Virus record (IMG/VR): IMGVR_UViG_3300047388_000423
Location: 161 to 64,160 of that record
From: a virus
Lineage: Duplodnaviria; Caudoviricetes
Length of the DNA: 64,000 nt
Strand: one strand, 5' to 3'
How positions within the stretch are numbered: position 1 is the stretch's first letter; the number at the start of each line of letters is the position of its first letter. A program made the translations under genes and the position numbers. A model generated the notes under the pieces. It had not been told where the DNA came from, ran no database searches, and saw only the letters and a program-made list of their open reading frames with translations. Positions 1 to 9,645 of the stretch are shown piece by piece.

Positions 1-205
1 GATTTTGCTGTTGCAGTACGAGCATGTGCCGCATGCCCGGGTTGACATCGACCGCCAGGAGCTGGCGGTGCACATTTGCCGGATGCGCAAGGCGCTGCGC
101 CCCTACGGTTTGCGGATTGAGACCCTGTGGGGTTACGGCTATTCGCTGCCATCAGAGCATCGTCGCCGCGCCATGGAGATGGTGTTGCCAAGGGTTGGGG
201 ATTAA
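1..205 (+). CDS. C-terminal part of OmpR/CtrA-like winged-helix DNA-binding protein (N-terminus probably 63744-64000)
   Basis: VHICRMRKAL...IETLWGYGYSL resembles the CtrA/OmpR C-terminus (VFICKLRKKL...IETVWGRGY); frame is open at the window start. Confidence 0.75.
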   Translation, partial: ILLLQYEHVPHARVDIDRQELAVHICRMRKALRPYGLRIETLWGYGYSLPSEHRRRAMEMVLPRVGD

Positions 206-226
206 CTGGCAGCAGGCGGAAGCCTT

Positions 227-514
227 ATGGACGTTCGACCCTTTATCACGACCAAGGAAGTGTTTGATCTATGGATGACCGGTCTGCAAATAAAACAGAT
301 CGCCGCCGGAGCTGAAATGTCCGCCAGCTACATCTCCAGGATGCTCTACGACGCCATAGCGGAGCTGGAACCCTGGGACGACAAAGGTACCCGACCAGGA
401 CCTGAATGGAACGCCCTTTACGACGCATATGAGGATCGCCGCTGTGAAAGGGTCAAACAATTAAGAGCCCAACGATTATACAATCGCCGCCAGTCTAATG
501 GCTCTCAAACGTAA
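227..514 (+). CDS. HTH-containing hypothetical protein
   Basis: GLQIKQIAAGAEMSASYISRML is an HTH-like pattern. Confidence 0.55.
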   Translation: MDVRPFITTKEVFDLWMTGLQIKQIAAGAEMSASYISRMLYDAIAELEPWDDKGTRPGPEWNALYDAYEDRRCERVKQLRAQRLYNRRQSNGSQT

Positions 515-539
515 GTGCCCGCCGTGCCTTCACTGGCGG

Positions 540-782
540 TCATTTGATCCCGACGTCGATTGGCAGCACCCAATAGCGCTTGTCGCCGCCGGAATTTTCA
601 TCGATGCCGCGCAGCATCACGGTCAGGGTATGGCCTGGCTGCAGTTTGTCGGCCGGCACCGTGAACTCGTTTTCACCGTCCTCTGCAACCTTCATACGCT
701 CATAACTGACGATTTCGCCGCCGGCATCGTTCACGATCAAAAGGATTTCCTTCAGGCCGTTCATCGTGTCGGGTAGCTCCAA
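540..782 (-). CDS. hypothetical protein
   Basis: Protein-like ORF in the leftward operon downstream of the terminase. Confidence 0.5.
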   Translation of the reverse strand: MELPDTMNGLKEILLIVNDAGGEIVSYERMKVAEDGENEFTVPADKLQPGHTLTVMLRGIDENSGGDKRYWVLPIDVGIK

Positions 783-788
783 TTCCGC

Positions 789-1184
789 CTATAGCACCGG
801 GATCCGCTCGTCGCCGATCATGATTACGGTGCTCCAGCGCGTTTCCTGCAATCCCACTCGGGCGATCTGTTTGATGTCGTCGAACCAGGGTTGTTCGCGC
901 CAGCGCAGCTTTTGTGCCGGATCGACGATGAAGCAGATCACGGTTTTGCCGTCGTTGATCTGGGCGTCGATCACGATCTTGCTTAACTTTGGGTACCAGT
1001 GCTCGCCGAACCGCATATCGCGCAGCCAGACGCAATGGAAGTCGCGGCACGGTTGCGGCCTGTGCTGGTAAATTTTGCAGCCACCGCCGGGCTTGATAGC
1101 GTGCGGGCACCAGTCGTGGCGTGGCTTGACTTCCGGCACGCCCATGATTTTGCAGCACAGGCTACAGCTGCCGCAGCTGCGCAT
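789..1184 (-). CDS. Cys-cluster (YkgJ-like CxxCxxCC) protein
   Basis: CGSCSLCC...C..C.IYQHRPQPCRDFHC motif. Confidence 0.7.
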   Translation of the reverse strand: MRSCGSCSLCCKIMGVPEVKPRHDWCPHAIKPGGGCKIYQHRPQPCRDFHCVWLRDMRFGEHWYPKLSKIVIDAQINDGKTVICFIVDPAQKLRWREQPWFDDIKQIARVGLQETRWSTVIMIGDERIPVL

Positions 1185-1196
1185 TCGCTGGTTTTC

Positions 1197-1664
1197 TCAT
1201 ATGTCGTCCCAGAACATGTCCTCGCCGAACTCTGATTTCCCCAGCGTGCCGAACAATTGCTCCAGGGATGGCCAGACATCTATTTCATTGCTCTTGTGCC
1301 AATTTACAGCGATCCTGCCGTCCGCAAATACCACACCTTTGCACAACAACTCGCTTGGGATGTTCTTTGCATTGTCGCTCAAGCGTCTGGCGAGAGTGAA
1401 TCGCTTGATTTTGCTTATGTCGTGCGTGCTGACGTCCTGCTCTTTGCTTACCGGTCCCGGGCCCCACCGCGCCAGGCAGCTGTGCTGTCGCAGTCCTGGC
1501 ATGATTGGTTCCCGGCAGCCGAACAACGAATGGATTTCATAGCCTTCGTCAGCAGCCTTGTGGACGTCAGGACAATCGGCTCGATGCACCAGGATTTCGC
1601 CCTCATCAGGTTCGGTAGTGAGTGCGAGGTGGTAAGTCCTGTTCATGTCCAACATCATGTCCAC
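1197..1664 (-). CDS. hypothetical protein
   Basis: ORF overlaps the terminase stop; protein-like composition. Confidence 0.55.
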   Translation of the reverse strand: MDMMLDMNRTYHLALTTEPDEGEILVHRADCPDVHKAADEGYEIHSLFGCREPIMPGLRQHSCLARWGPGPVSKEQDVSTHDISKIKRFTLARRLSDNAKNIPSELLCKGVVFADGRIAVNWHKSNEIDVWPSLEQLFGTLGKSEFGEDMFWDDI

Positions 1665-3112
1665 CCCAATGCGGTAATGCGCGGTCGGTCCTTGATCCGC
1701 GGCCGTGGCGTCAGGCGCCGGGCGAATTCGTGCACCAGATTACCATGAACCACCAGGCAGATGTACTGCAGGCAATCGGCGACGTGCGAGAAGCCTTCCT
1801 TGTCGAACTTCTCCGGAATGCTCCTCAAGCCGCCGTCGCGGTGTTTCTTGTAGCGGTAGCCGCCCGACATCGCGCGCACCAGCCAGGGGCAGCCGGGTCC
1901 ATTGATGCACAATGCCGGGCCGCCATTGACCTGGCGTCCGAGCAGGGTTTCCACCGCTCTCAACCTGGTGTCGATATCGTTGGTCGGCGCCGGGAACGCC
2001 GGCAGCCCGAGCCGCTTCAGCGCGTCGAACGAGGTTTCTTCGGCGATGGTGCCTTTGGCGATGCCGGAGGGGTCGCCCACCAGGATCACTTTCGAGCCGA
2101 TGAATTTCTCTGAATAAAGCTTTGGCCGCAGGTTCTGCTCGACGTGTTTCTCCAGGCCGATGTTGCTGGCTGGCACTTCCATGTGGATCAGGAGCCGGCC
2201 CATGTGGTCGACCTGGCCGATCAGCGCCCAGGGATTGCGGCCGAAGTCGATGCCGACGATCAGCGGATAGCCCGGGATCACGAAGGTCTCCCGCACCACA
2301 TGGAAGCTGGACTTGAACGAGGCCTTGAACACCGCTTCGCCGGAAGGATCGTCGCCGTATTCGGCGTAGACGTAGCGTTTCACCCAGGCGCTGTCGCTGC
2401 CGTACATCTCGACAAAGCGCTCGTAATATTTCCGCCCCTGTGCCAGCCGGTCGGGGTGGTTAAACGGGAGTTTGGTGGTGACTTCATTCTGCAGCAGGTA
2501 GTTCAAATTCTCGGCCTTGTCCGACATGCCGCTGGGCTGGATGAAGACCTGCCAGTCCGCCGGCGGCTCGACCATGAACTTGGCCCAGTCGGAAAGCTCC
2601 ACTGGCATGTTGGTGTCGGCCAGGATGCCACACCAGGTTGGGATGCCGCGGTTGCCTGACGGATAGCGGCCGATGCGGCCGGAAATCGGGGCCAGGATAT
2701 CGAAGTTGCATTCGATGATTTCGGAGATGAAGGCGCCGGTCAATTGCATCGACAGCAGCCGGGCCTGGTCTTCGGCGTTCTCCAGCGGGATGAAGATCCA
2801 CTCGCTCTTGACGTCGCCGAAGTCGAGATAAAAGGTGTTGTCCGAAACCCGCCACTCGCCCAGCCCCACCAGCCAGTTTTGCATGTCCTTCAGTACAGTG
2901 TCCTTCAACTGCTTCAGGGTTTGCCGCACGAAGGCGAAGCGGGTGTAGCGGTAGCCGTCGGGTGCCCTGGCCTGCGCCATCGCACGCCGCAGCACCTCGA
3001 TGATGCACGCGGTGGTCTTGCCGCTGCCGACCGGGCCGGCGGCGATGCGGCCGAACGCCTGCGATTTCATGAAGGAGGCCAGCGTCGGCGGCGCCGTGTA
3101 GTCGATTGCCAT
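1655..3112 (-). CDS. terL: terminase large subunit
   Basis: Walker A GPVGSGKT, Walker B-like AFISE, nuclease motifs VGIDFG, GDPSG and SHVADCLQY. Confidence 0.93.
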   Translation of the reverse strand: MAIDYTAPPTLASFMKSQAFGRIAAGPVGSGKTTACIIEVLRRAMAQARAPDGYRYTRFAFVRQTLKQLKDTVLKDMQNWLVGLGEWRVSDNTFYLDFGDVKSEWIFIPLENAEDQARLLSMQLTGAFISEIIECNFDILAPISGRIGRYPSGNRGIPTWCGILADTNMPVELSDWAKFMVEPPADWQVFIQPSGMSDKAENLNYLLQNEVTTKLPFNHPDRLAQGRKYYERFVEMYGSDSAWVKRYVYAEYGDDPSGEAVFKASFKSSFHVVRETFVIPGYPLIVGIDFGRNPWALIGQVDHMGRLLIHMEVPASNIGLEKHVEQNLRPKLYSEKFIGSKVILVGDPSGIAKGTIAEETSFDALKRLGLPAFPAPTNDIDTRLRAVETLLGRQVNGGPALCINGPGCPWLVRAMSGGYRYKKHRDGGLRSIPEKFDKEGFSHVADCLQYICLVVHGNLVHEFARRLTPRPRIKDRPRITALGWT

Positions 3113-3340
3113 TTAATCCTTGCCGATGCCGGGAAACTTCGCCTTCACCTTGGCGCGCACCGCGGCTTTTTCCGAACTCGAACCATGCTGGCTGACCCGC
3201 GACAGCGCGTTGCGGGCGTGGGATTTGTCCGGGATCGGGTACGAGCCCGATCCTTTGCCGCTTTTGCCTTCGCCCTTGCCGGGCAGCGCGAACGAGCTTG
3301 ACGGCAGCCGTTTGCGATCGCCTGCAGACAGTTTGGCCAT
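3113..3340 (-). CDS. small basic phage protein
   Basis: Lys/Arg-rich; FALP...YPIPDKSHARNAL motif of small phage proteins. Confidence 0.7.
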   Translation of the reverse strand: MAKLSAGDRKRLPSSSFALPGKGEGKSGKGSGSYPIPDKSHARNALSRVSQHGSSSEKAAVRAKVKAKFPGIGKD

Positions 3341-3352
3341 GGGTCACCGCTC

Positions 3353-3559
3353 CTATGCCGCCCCGGTCGCCAATTGCTGATGGATGCCGCCGGGTGCGTA
3401 CTGATCCAGGGTCGGCGCCGCGCAGATCAGCCGCAGCTGCTCGTAGGCGCCGCCATTGGCGTACTGATTGTAGGTGGTGCCGGGACCGGAAGTGTCGGCG
3501 TCCGAGATCTGCTTGAAGACGCCGCCGGGATTGTACTGGTTGAAGGTGATGGTGGCCAT
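3353..3559 (-). CDS. small protein with three (N/D)QYxxGG repeats
   Basis: FNQYNPGG / YNQYANGG / LDQYAPGG. Confidence 0.65.
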   Translation of the reverse strand: MATITFNQYNPGGVFKQISDADTSGPGTTYNQYANGGAYEQLRLICAAPTLDQYAPGGIHQQLATGAA

Positions 3560-3561
3560 GG

Positions 3562-3879
3562 TCAGGTTCCTGTCAGTCCGCTTGTGCCTGACGTGCCTGA
3601 TGTACCTGATGTGCCTGATGTCCCTGACGCTCCGGATATGCCGGTCGGCCCCATGCCGGCAGGGATTTCCTTGACGTCCATGATTTCGATTTCCTCGCCT
3701 TCGGCCGCCGATTGCACTTTTTGCGCAATGGCCTGCTCGCGGCCTGCGGCGCTGACCGTCTCATCGGTGATCTTGCCGGTAACACGGGATCTGATCACGA
3801 ACGACGCCATGCTTGCGCCGCTCGCTCCGCTGGTTGCGCTTCCGGTTGCCCCGGTGGGGCCAGTCGTTCCAGTCGCCAT
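3562..3879 (-). CDS. hypothetical protein with Gly-X-Y (GAT/GTS) low-complexity termini
   Basis: GPTGATG N-terminus, (GTS)n C-terminus; GGAGGAG upstream on the - strand. Confidence 0.7.
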   Translation of the reverse strand: MATGTTGPTGATGSATSGASGASMASFVIRSRVTGKITDETVSAAGREQAIAQKVQSAAEGEEIEIMDVKEIPAGMGPTGISGASGTSGTSGTSGTSGTSGLTGT

Positions 3880-3894
3880 GGTCGTTCTCCTCCA

Positions 3895-3934
3895 GGGGGT
3901 TACCGCGGGTTAACGGGGGTTACCGCGGGTTAAC
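3895..3934. repeat. 2 x 20-bp tandem repeat GGGGGTTACCGCGGGTTAAC
   Basis: Exact duplication; GGTTA recurs every 10 bp. Confidence 0.85.
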
Positions 3935-4439
3935 GTTGCTCTTCAGCGTTTAGCAACGACTCCAGGGTGAGCTGCTCCGGGGTCGCATTAGGGGTCTCGA
4001 CCGCAATCGACTTGTCGTAGGTTTCAATCACGGGTTTGCCGTCGACATCAGCGCCGAGATTGATGGTGATCATGAACCTTTCGCTCGTGTTCTTCTCGGA
4101 CTTGACCTCGCCGATGCCGGCGTTACGCGCCAGCAGTTTGGCGACGTCGGTGGCGGCCGGCAGCGGCTCTTTCAGGTCCAGCGCGCGGCGGGTCAGCATC
4201 GGCAGGATCTGCTCGAGATAGGCCAGCGAGCCGATCTTGATTCGATCTCCGGTCGAAATTGTCGAATTCCACTCCAGCGTGAACTGCTCCTTGGCGCGCG
4301 CGTAGAATTCCAGCTTTGAAATCTCGTAGTAATCGGTCTCGGTAATGCCGAAATCGTCGAACACCTCCGCGTAGGGGCGGACGTTCATCGCCATTTCGCG
4401 CGCCAGCTTGGCCAGTTTGATTTCGTCGAGTTCGACCAT
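3930..4439 (-). CDS. putative terminase small subunit
   Basis: Helical protein leading the terL operon with a beta-strand-like C-terminus (RFMITINLG); ATG at 4439; call is positional. Confidence 0.5.
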   Translation of the reverse strand: MVELDEIKLAKLAREMAMNVRPYAEVFDDFGITETDYYEISKLEFYARAKEQFTLEWNSTISTGDRIKIGSLAYLEQILPMLTRRALDLKEPLPAATDVAKLLARNAGIGEVKSEKNTSERFMITINLGADVDGKPVIETYDKSIAVETPNATPEQLTLESLLNAEEQR

Positions 4440-4496
4440 AGCGGGAGTCCAGGTTATGGAACATTTTCCAGCCAGATCGCCCATACTCCACAAGTA

Positions 4497-4511
4497 TTAA
4501 TATTTCCTTAA
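4497..4511. promoter_or_regulatory. CtrA-type box TTAA-N7-TTAA in the divergent terminase/portal promoter
   Basis: TTAATATTTCCTTAA. Confidence 0.7.
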
Positions 4512-4534
4512 GAGTTTTTCGATTTTCTGCCCGA

Positions 4535-6850
4535 ATGGCAGAAACCGCTTCCGGCAATCTTGGCGTCCTCAACGTGCCTCCCGCGGGCAATCCACTCGGC
4601 CAGGTTGGCGTTCTCAACGTGGTGCCTCCGGCCGCGCTGGAAGCGATGATCCGCCAGCGCGAACTTGACAAGGCGGCAGCGCTTGCGCCGCCCGAACCGG
4701 CGCCGCCGGAATTGTGCGGCTACATCCGTGCTCAGTTCGAGATCATGCGCAACCACCGCAACACCGCCAGCGGTTGGTCGAACCGGCTGCTGGAAGCGCT
4801 GCGCACCTTTAATGGCCAGTACGCCCCCAGCCGGATGCAGGAGATCGTCAAGTTCGGCGGTAGCCAGGTCTATGCCCGGCTCAGCGCGCAGAAGTGCCGG
4901 GCGGCATCGTCGCTGTTGCGCGATATCTATCTCGGCCCGGACCGGCCCTGGAGCATCAAGCCGCCGGCCGATCCCGACATCCCGCCGGAGATTATTCAGA
5001 AGATCGACCAGTTGATGCAGAGCGAGCAGCAGATGGTGGCGCAGACCACCGGACAGCCGCCGGCGCCGGAGGATATCCAGAAACGACGGATGGCGCTGCT
5101 GGACTCGGCCTCCGATGCGGCGCGCAAGAAAGCCCGGGAGCAGGCTCAGATCTCGGAGGACCGGATCGAGGAAATGCTGCAGGAGGGCGGGTTCTACCAC
5201 GCCATGGCGGAGTTTCTGGTCGATCTGGCGATTTTCCCGTTCGCCTGCATCAAGGGCCCGACGGTCAAGGTGATGCCGGAAGTGAAGTGGCCGCCCGGCG
5301 GCGGTCGCCCGCAGGTGGTGCAGACGCCGAAGATGGTGTGGGCGCGGGTGTCGCCGTTCGACCTGTGGTGGACGCCGGGCGTGTCCGACATCGCCAACGC
5401 CAGTGTGATTGAGAAGTCGCGGCTGACCCGGGCCGAATTGAACGACTGTCTCGATCTGCCGGGGTTCGACCAGGCCGAGGTGCGCAAGGTGCTCGAGGAG
5501 TACGGCCGCGGCGGGCTGTACGACAGTTGGGACACCACCGACGCTGAACGCGCGGTGCTGGAGAGCCGGGAGAACCCGGCCTGGAACCGGTCCGGGCTGA
5601 TTACCCAGATGGAATTCCACGGTAACGTGCAGGGCCAGATCCTGCAGGAATATGGCATGCCGGGGGCGTCCGATCCGTTGCGCGACTACCGCATCGATGC
5701 CTGGTGCATCGGCTCGCACGTCATCAAGGTGCAACTGTCGCCCAGTCCGCGGGCGCGACACCCGTATTTCATCACCAGTTTCGAGAAGGTGCCGGGGACG
5801 CCGCTCGGCAACGGCCTGATCGACATGGTCGCCGACCTGCAGGACGTCGCCAACGCCTGTCTGCGCTCGCTGGTTAACAACGTCTCGATCGCTTCCGGGC
5901 CGCAGGTGGTGATCAACGACGACCGGATCCGGCCGGAGGAAAACACCGACGACCTCTATCCCTGGAAGCGCTGGCACGCCACTAACGATCCGGTCGGCAA
6001 CAATTCCAAGGCTCCGGTCGAGTTCTTCCAGCCGCAGAGCAACGCCCAGGATCTGCTGACGGTGTTCAAGTCGTTTGTCGACCTGGCCGACGATGTCAGT
6101 GCGATCCCGAAATATATCGGCGGCCAGCCGGGCGGCGGCGCCGGGCGCACCTCGTCTGGGCTGGCGATGCTGATGAACAACGCCAGCAAGATCCTGCAGA
6201 CCGTGGCCGCCAATGTCGATCGCGACGTGCTCGAGCTGGCGTTGCAACAGCTCGCCGATCTGGTGTTGTTGACTGACACCACCGGGATGCTGACCGGCGA
6301 GGAAGACATTTCGGTGCAGGGCGTCACGGTGGCGGTGCAGCGCGAGACGCTGCGGCAACGCCAGCTCGAATTCCTGCAACACACCAACAACCCGACCGAC
6401 TTCGCGATCATGGGTGCCAAGGGCCGCGGCTCGGTGCTGCGCTCGGTGTCGCAGACCATCGGGCTCGATGGCGAGGCGGTGGTGCCGACTGACGACGAGC
6501 TGCAGAAGAAGGAGCAGGCGCAGCAGCAGGGCGCGGAGCAGCAGGCGCTGAGCCAGCGCGTCGAGCAGGGCATTCAGCTTGGCGTCCAGCAGGGCGTCAG
6601 CAAGATTTCAACGGAGCTGACGGCGGGATTACTGGCTGCGCAGGCGGGTGGCATGGGCGCTTCGCCGGGAGGGCTCCCTGGTGGGCCTCCGGGCATGCCT
6701 CCCGGGGTTAACCCGGCGGCGCAGGCGCAGGGTAATCAGCCTTCGCCGATGTCCAACGCGCCAACGCAGGGAGCGAATCTGATGGGTAATCAGCCGGCGC
6801 CGCCTGGACCGGGCGGCCGGCCGGCGCCGATAGGAGGCGGGCCTGGCTAA
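4535..6850 (+). CDS. portal protein
   Basis: 771 aa; VSPFD, F.KVPG...G.G, NN...ASGPQV and RTSSGLAMLM motifs of podoviral portals; Pro/Gly tail. Confidence 0.88.
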   Translation: MAETASGNLGVLNVPPAGNPLGQVGVLNVVPPAALEAMIRQRELDKAAALAPPEPAPPELCGYIRAQFEIMRNHRNTASGWSNRLLEALRTFNGQYAPSRMQEIVKFGGSQVYARLSAQKCRAASSLLRDIYLGPDRPWSIKPPADPDIPPEIIQKIDQLMQSEQQMVAQTTGQPPAPEDIQKRRMALLDSASDAARKKAREQAQISEDRIEEMLQEGGFYHAMAEFLVDLAIFPFACIKGPTVKVMPEVKWPPGGGRPQVVQTPKMVWARVSPFDLWWTPGVSDIANASVIEKSRLTRAELNDCLDLPGFDQAEVRKVLEEYGRGGLYDSWDTTDAERAVLESRENPAWNRSGLITQMEFHGNVQGQILQEYGMPGASDPLRDYRIDAWCIGSHVIKVQLSPSPRARHPYFITSFEKVPGTPLGNGLIDMVADLQDVANACLRSLVNNVSIASGPQVVINDDRIRPEENTDDLYPWKRWHATNDPVGNNSKAPVEFFQPQSNAQDLLTVFKSFVDLADDVSAIPKYIGGQPGGGAGRTSSGLAMLMNNASKILQTVAANVDRDVLELALQQLADLVLLTDTTGMLTGEEDISVQGVTVAVQRETLRQRQLEFLQHTNNPTDFAIMGAKGRGSVLRSVSQTIGLDGEAVVPTDDELQKKEQAQQQGAEQQALSQRVEQGIQLGVQQGVSKISTELTAGLLAAQAGGMGASPGGLPGGPPGMPPGVNPAAQAQGNQPSPMSNAPTQGANLMGNQPAPPGPGGRPAPIGGGPG

Positions 6851-8861
6851 ATTGGTGTGGAATGCAATTGTGAAAAATGAAGCGGCGATTATCGATCGCT
6901 GCATTAAAAGCCTGTTGCCTCATGTCGACGGGGCGGTGATCGTCGATACTGGGTCGACCGATGGGACTCCGAGACAAATCATACAGCTGTTTAATGCAGT
7001 CAATAAGCCTATCCGGCTGCAACATGTGCCGTTCGAGAATTTTGAACAGGCCCGTAATGCGGCTTTGAAGGTTGCTCGAGAGTCCGATCTCGAGTGGGAC
7101 TATCTCCTCTTGGCCGATGCCGACATGGAGTTGAAAGTCTACAAGCCCGACTGGATCAACGGCGCGAAAGGGTTGTCCTATGACCTCAAGCAGACTGCCG
7201 GATCAGTGGGATATTACAATCGACGCCTGGTTAGCCGTCGTGCAACGGGCTGGTATATTGGCTGTACTCACGAATATCTCGATGTCGAGACTGCTGGTCA
7301 CCTTGATGGTGCAGAATTCATTGATCATGCCGACGGAGCCAATCGGCCGGACAAGTTCAGCCGCGATATTGCCCTGCTCGAACAGGCCCTCAAAACTGAA
7401 ACTCGTGAAGGACTGATCCAGCGCTATCACTTCTATCTGGGTCAATCTTATTTCGACTCCGGCAACTGGACCAAAGCGGCGGAGCATTACAAGATCCGAA
7501 CCACGCTTGGCGGCTTCGACGAGGAGGTCTGGAATGCACAACTGCATTACGCGCACTGTCTTGCGAACATGGGAGACCAGGCCGGCTTTCTTTGGGGAAT
7601 GCTGCGGGCCTACCAAACTCGCCCCCAGAGATTGGAGTCGCTGTACGATCTTGCCAAATATTTCCGCGAGCGCGGCGATAACCAAACTTCGCTATTGTTC
7701 TCCGAACCCGGATTGTCCTTGCGACCTCCCGGAGATCTGCTGTTTGTCAACAATTACGTATATAATACTGGCCTGAAGGAAGAGTTTGCGATCTGCGCCT
7801 ACTACGATCCGCGCAAGCGGACGGAGGGTGCCAAAGTCTGCAACGAGGTGGCGCTGTCGAAGCAGGCGTCCTGGCAGGCACGCGAGCAGGCGCGGGCCAA
7901 CCAGTACTGGTATCTCAGGCCATTGGCGCAGCACGTCCCGTCGTTCCGGCCGTTGCAGATCGTGCTTCAACCACCACCAGGGTATGTTGCCACCAATCCA
8001 TCGGTGGTCAACTACAAGGGTAAGCCGTTTGTATTGGTGCGTACGGTCAATTACAGGATCATGTCGGATGGGCAATATGCAATTCGGGGATCGGACGGTC
8101 GTTGTGACCGGGATCATCCTATTAGTACTCGTAATTATCTTGTCGGTCTGGCTGCTGGGCTAGCGATTGAGTCGAGCTACGAGCTGGCGCTGCCGGTCAG
8201 TTGGCCGGATCCGAAGTTTGATCTGGTGCGGGGGTTCGAGGACGGCCGGCTGTTCGAGTGGGGTGCTTCCGGTGCGCTCGGCATGCTTTACACGCTTTCT
8301 ACAGTACGCGAGCTGACGCCGGAGGGCTGGTGTGACCAGGTGTTGGCGTCTGTTCTGGATACGGCGGATGGTGGTGTGGCCTATTGCGGGGCAGACACCG
8401 TTCATGTCGCAGAACGCCGTCATGAAAAGAACTGGATGCCGTGGGTGCAAAAGGACGGGACGTTGCAGTTCGTTTACCGGTTGGGGACGCTGATCGATCC
8501 GTCTGGCAAGCTGATCTGTCAGCACGACTGTGATCTCGATGTTGGTCACATCAGCGGCGGGTCGCAGGTTATCAATGTCGATGGCGTCTGGTTGGCGCTG
8601 GTGCACGAAGCCAGACCGACCCCGGGCCGCTCAATTCGATACTACCAGCATCGCTTCGTGGTGTTCGACAACGACGGTCGCCTCTCGCAGATATCGCCGC
8701 CATTCTGCTTTCACGACCGACAGATCGAGTTCGCGGCGGGACTGTCATATTTTCCCGATAAAAGACAGCTGTTGGCGAGCTATGGGGTGCGCGATTGCGA
8801 AGCCTGGCTGGCGACGATGGATGTCGATGACGTCATTGCTTTTATCGCGGAAGGTGCGTGA
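6843..8861 (+). CDS. GT2 glycosyltransferase + TPR + C-terminal beta-propeller (glycosidase-like) protein
   Basis: IVKNE, DTGSTDGT, DADM, HE motifs; TPR-like helices; EDGRL/EKNWMP/SGGSQ/IEFAAGL C-domain; start is CTG 6843 or TTG 6852. Confidence 0.85.
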   Translation: MAKLVWNAIVKNEAAIIDRCIKSLLPHVDGAVIVDTGSTDGTPRQIIQLFNAVNKPIRLQHVPFENFEQARNAALKVARESDLEWDYLLLADADMELKVYKPDWINGAKGLSYDLKQTAGSVGYYNRRLVSRRATGWYIGCTHEYLDVETAGHLDGAEFIDHADGANRPDKFSRDIALLEQALKTETREGLIQRYHFYLGQSYFDSGNWTKAAEHYKIRTTLGGFDEEVWNAQLHYAHCLANMGDQAGFLWGMLRAYQTRPQRLESLYDLAKYFRERGDNQTSLLFSEPGLSLRPPGDLLFVNNYVYNTGLKEEFAICAYYDPRKRTEGAKVCNEVALSKQASWQAREQARANQYWYLRPLAQHVPSFRPLQIVLQPPPGYVATNPSVVNYKGKPFVLVRTVNYRIMSDGQYAIRGSDGRCDRDHPISTRNYLVGLAAGLAIESSYELALPVSWPDPKFDLVRGFEDGRLFEWGASGALGMLYTLSTVRELTPEGWCDQVLASVLDTADGGVAYCGADTVHVAERRHEKNWMPWVQKDGTLQFVYRLGTLIDPSGKLICQHDCDLDVGHISGGSQVINVDGVWLALVHEARPTPGRSIRYYQHRFVVFDNDGRLSQISPPFCFHDRQIEFAAGLSYFPDKRQLLASYGVRDCEAWLATMDVDDVIAFIAEGA

Positions 8862-8904
8862 GTAGACGGCGCAATGGTGCGCAAAACACAAAGGATGTGA
8901 GACT

Positions 8905-9645
8905 ATGAATCAACCATTCCTTGCCTTGATTACGCCGATTGGCGGCGGTGGCGGCGGTGGCGGCGGACAGCCTCCCGGTTACTGGGGCGGTGTCGCGCCG
9001 CCCCATGTCGATATTGGATTTCCGATGCCGCAACCGCCCACTGGTGGACAGCCTCCGCTGGGCATCTGGGGTGGCCGGCCGCCGCCGTATGTGGACATTG
9101 GTGGTCCGGGACCGCAGCCGGTACCGCCCGGTTATTGGGGCGGTGTAGCACCCCCGCTGCCCACGCATCCGATTGCACCGGGTGGACCGCCTCCAGGTAT
9201 CTGGGGTGGACGGCCACCCTACGTCGATATCGGTGGACCAGGACCGCAACCGCCAACAGGTACTCCTCCAGGTTACTGGGGCGGCGTAGCTCCACCCCTG
9301 CCGACGCATCCGATCGCGCCGGGCGGACCGCCTCCGGGGATTTGGGGTGGTGGCAATGTACCCATGCCGACGCCGCCGATTTATTTCCCACCGGAAGGTT
9401 CAAAGCCGCCGTTGGGAATTTGGGGTGGAAAACCGCCGCCGTATGTCGATATCGGTGGACCGCCGTCGCAACCCAAGCCGGAACATCCGATTGTGTTGCC
9501 GCCCAATTTGCCGCCAACCATTCCGCCGGAAGGTGAGCAGCCCGAACGTCCGATTGATTGGAAAACTGCGTGGACTCCGACAACGGGCTGGGTCATCGTC
9601 GGTGTTCCGTCCGAAGGCACGACGGTGCCGACGCCTTCTCAGTGA
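8905..9645 (+). CDS. Pro/Gly-rich repeat protein
   Basis: Repeats PPG(Y/I)WGG and PPYVDIGGP with third-position variation. Confidence 0.8.
   Translation: MNQPFLALITPIGGGGGGGGGQPPGYWGGVAPPHVDIGFPMPQPPTGGQPPLGIWGGRPPPYVDIGGPGPQPVPPGYWGGVAPPLPTHPIAPGGPPPGIWGGRPPYVDIGGPGPQPPTGTPPGYWGGVAPPLPTHPIAPGGPPPGIWGGGNVPMPTPPIYFPPEGSKPPLGIWGGKPPPYVDIGGPPSQPKPEHPIVLPPNLPPTIPPEGEQPERPIDWKTAWTPTTGWVIVGVPSEGTTVPTPSQ

Noticed and set aside
4508-6382. 624-aa antisense ORF and similar long shadow ORFs
   Set aside because: Typical antisense shadows of high-GC genes, with no motifs.
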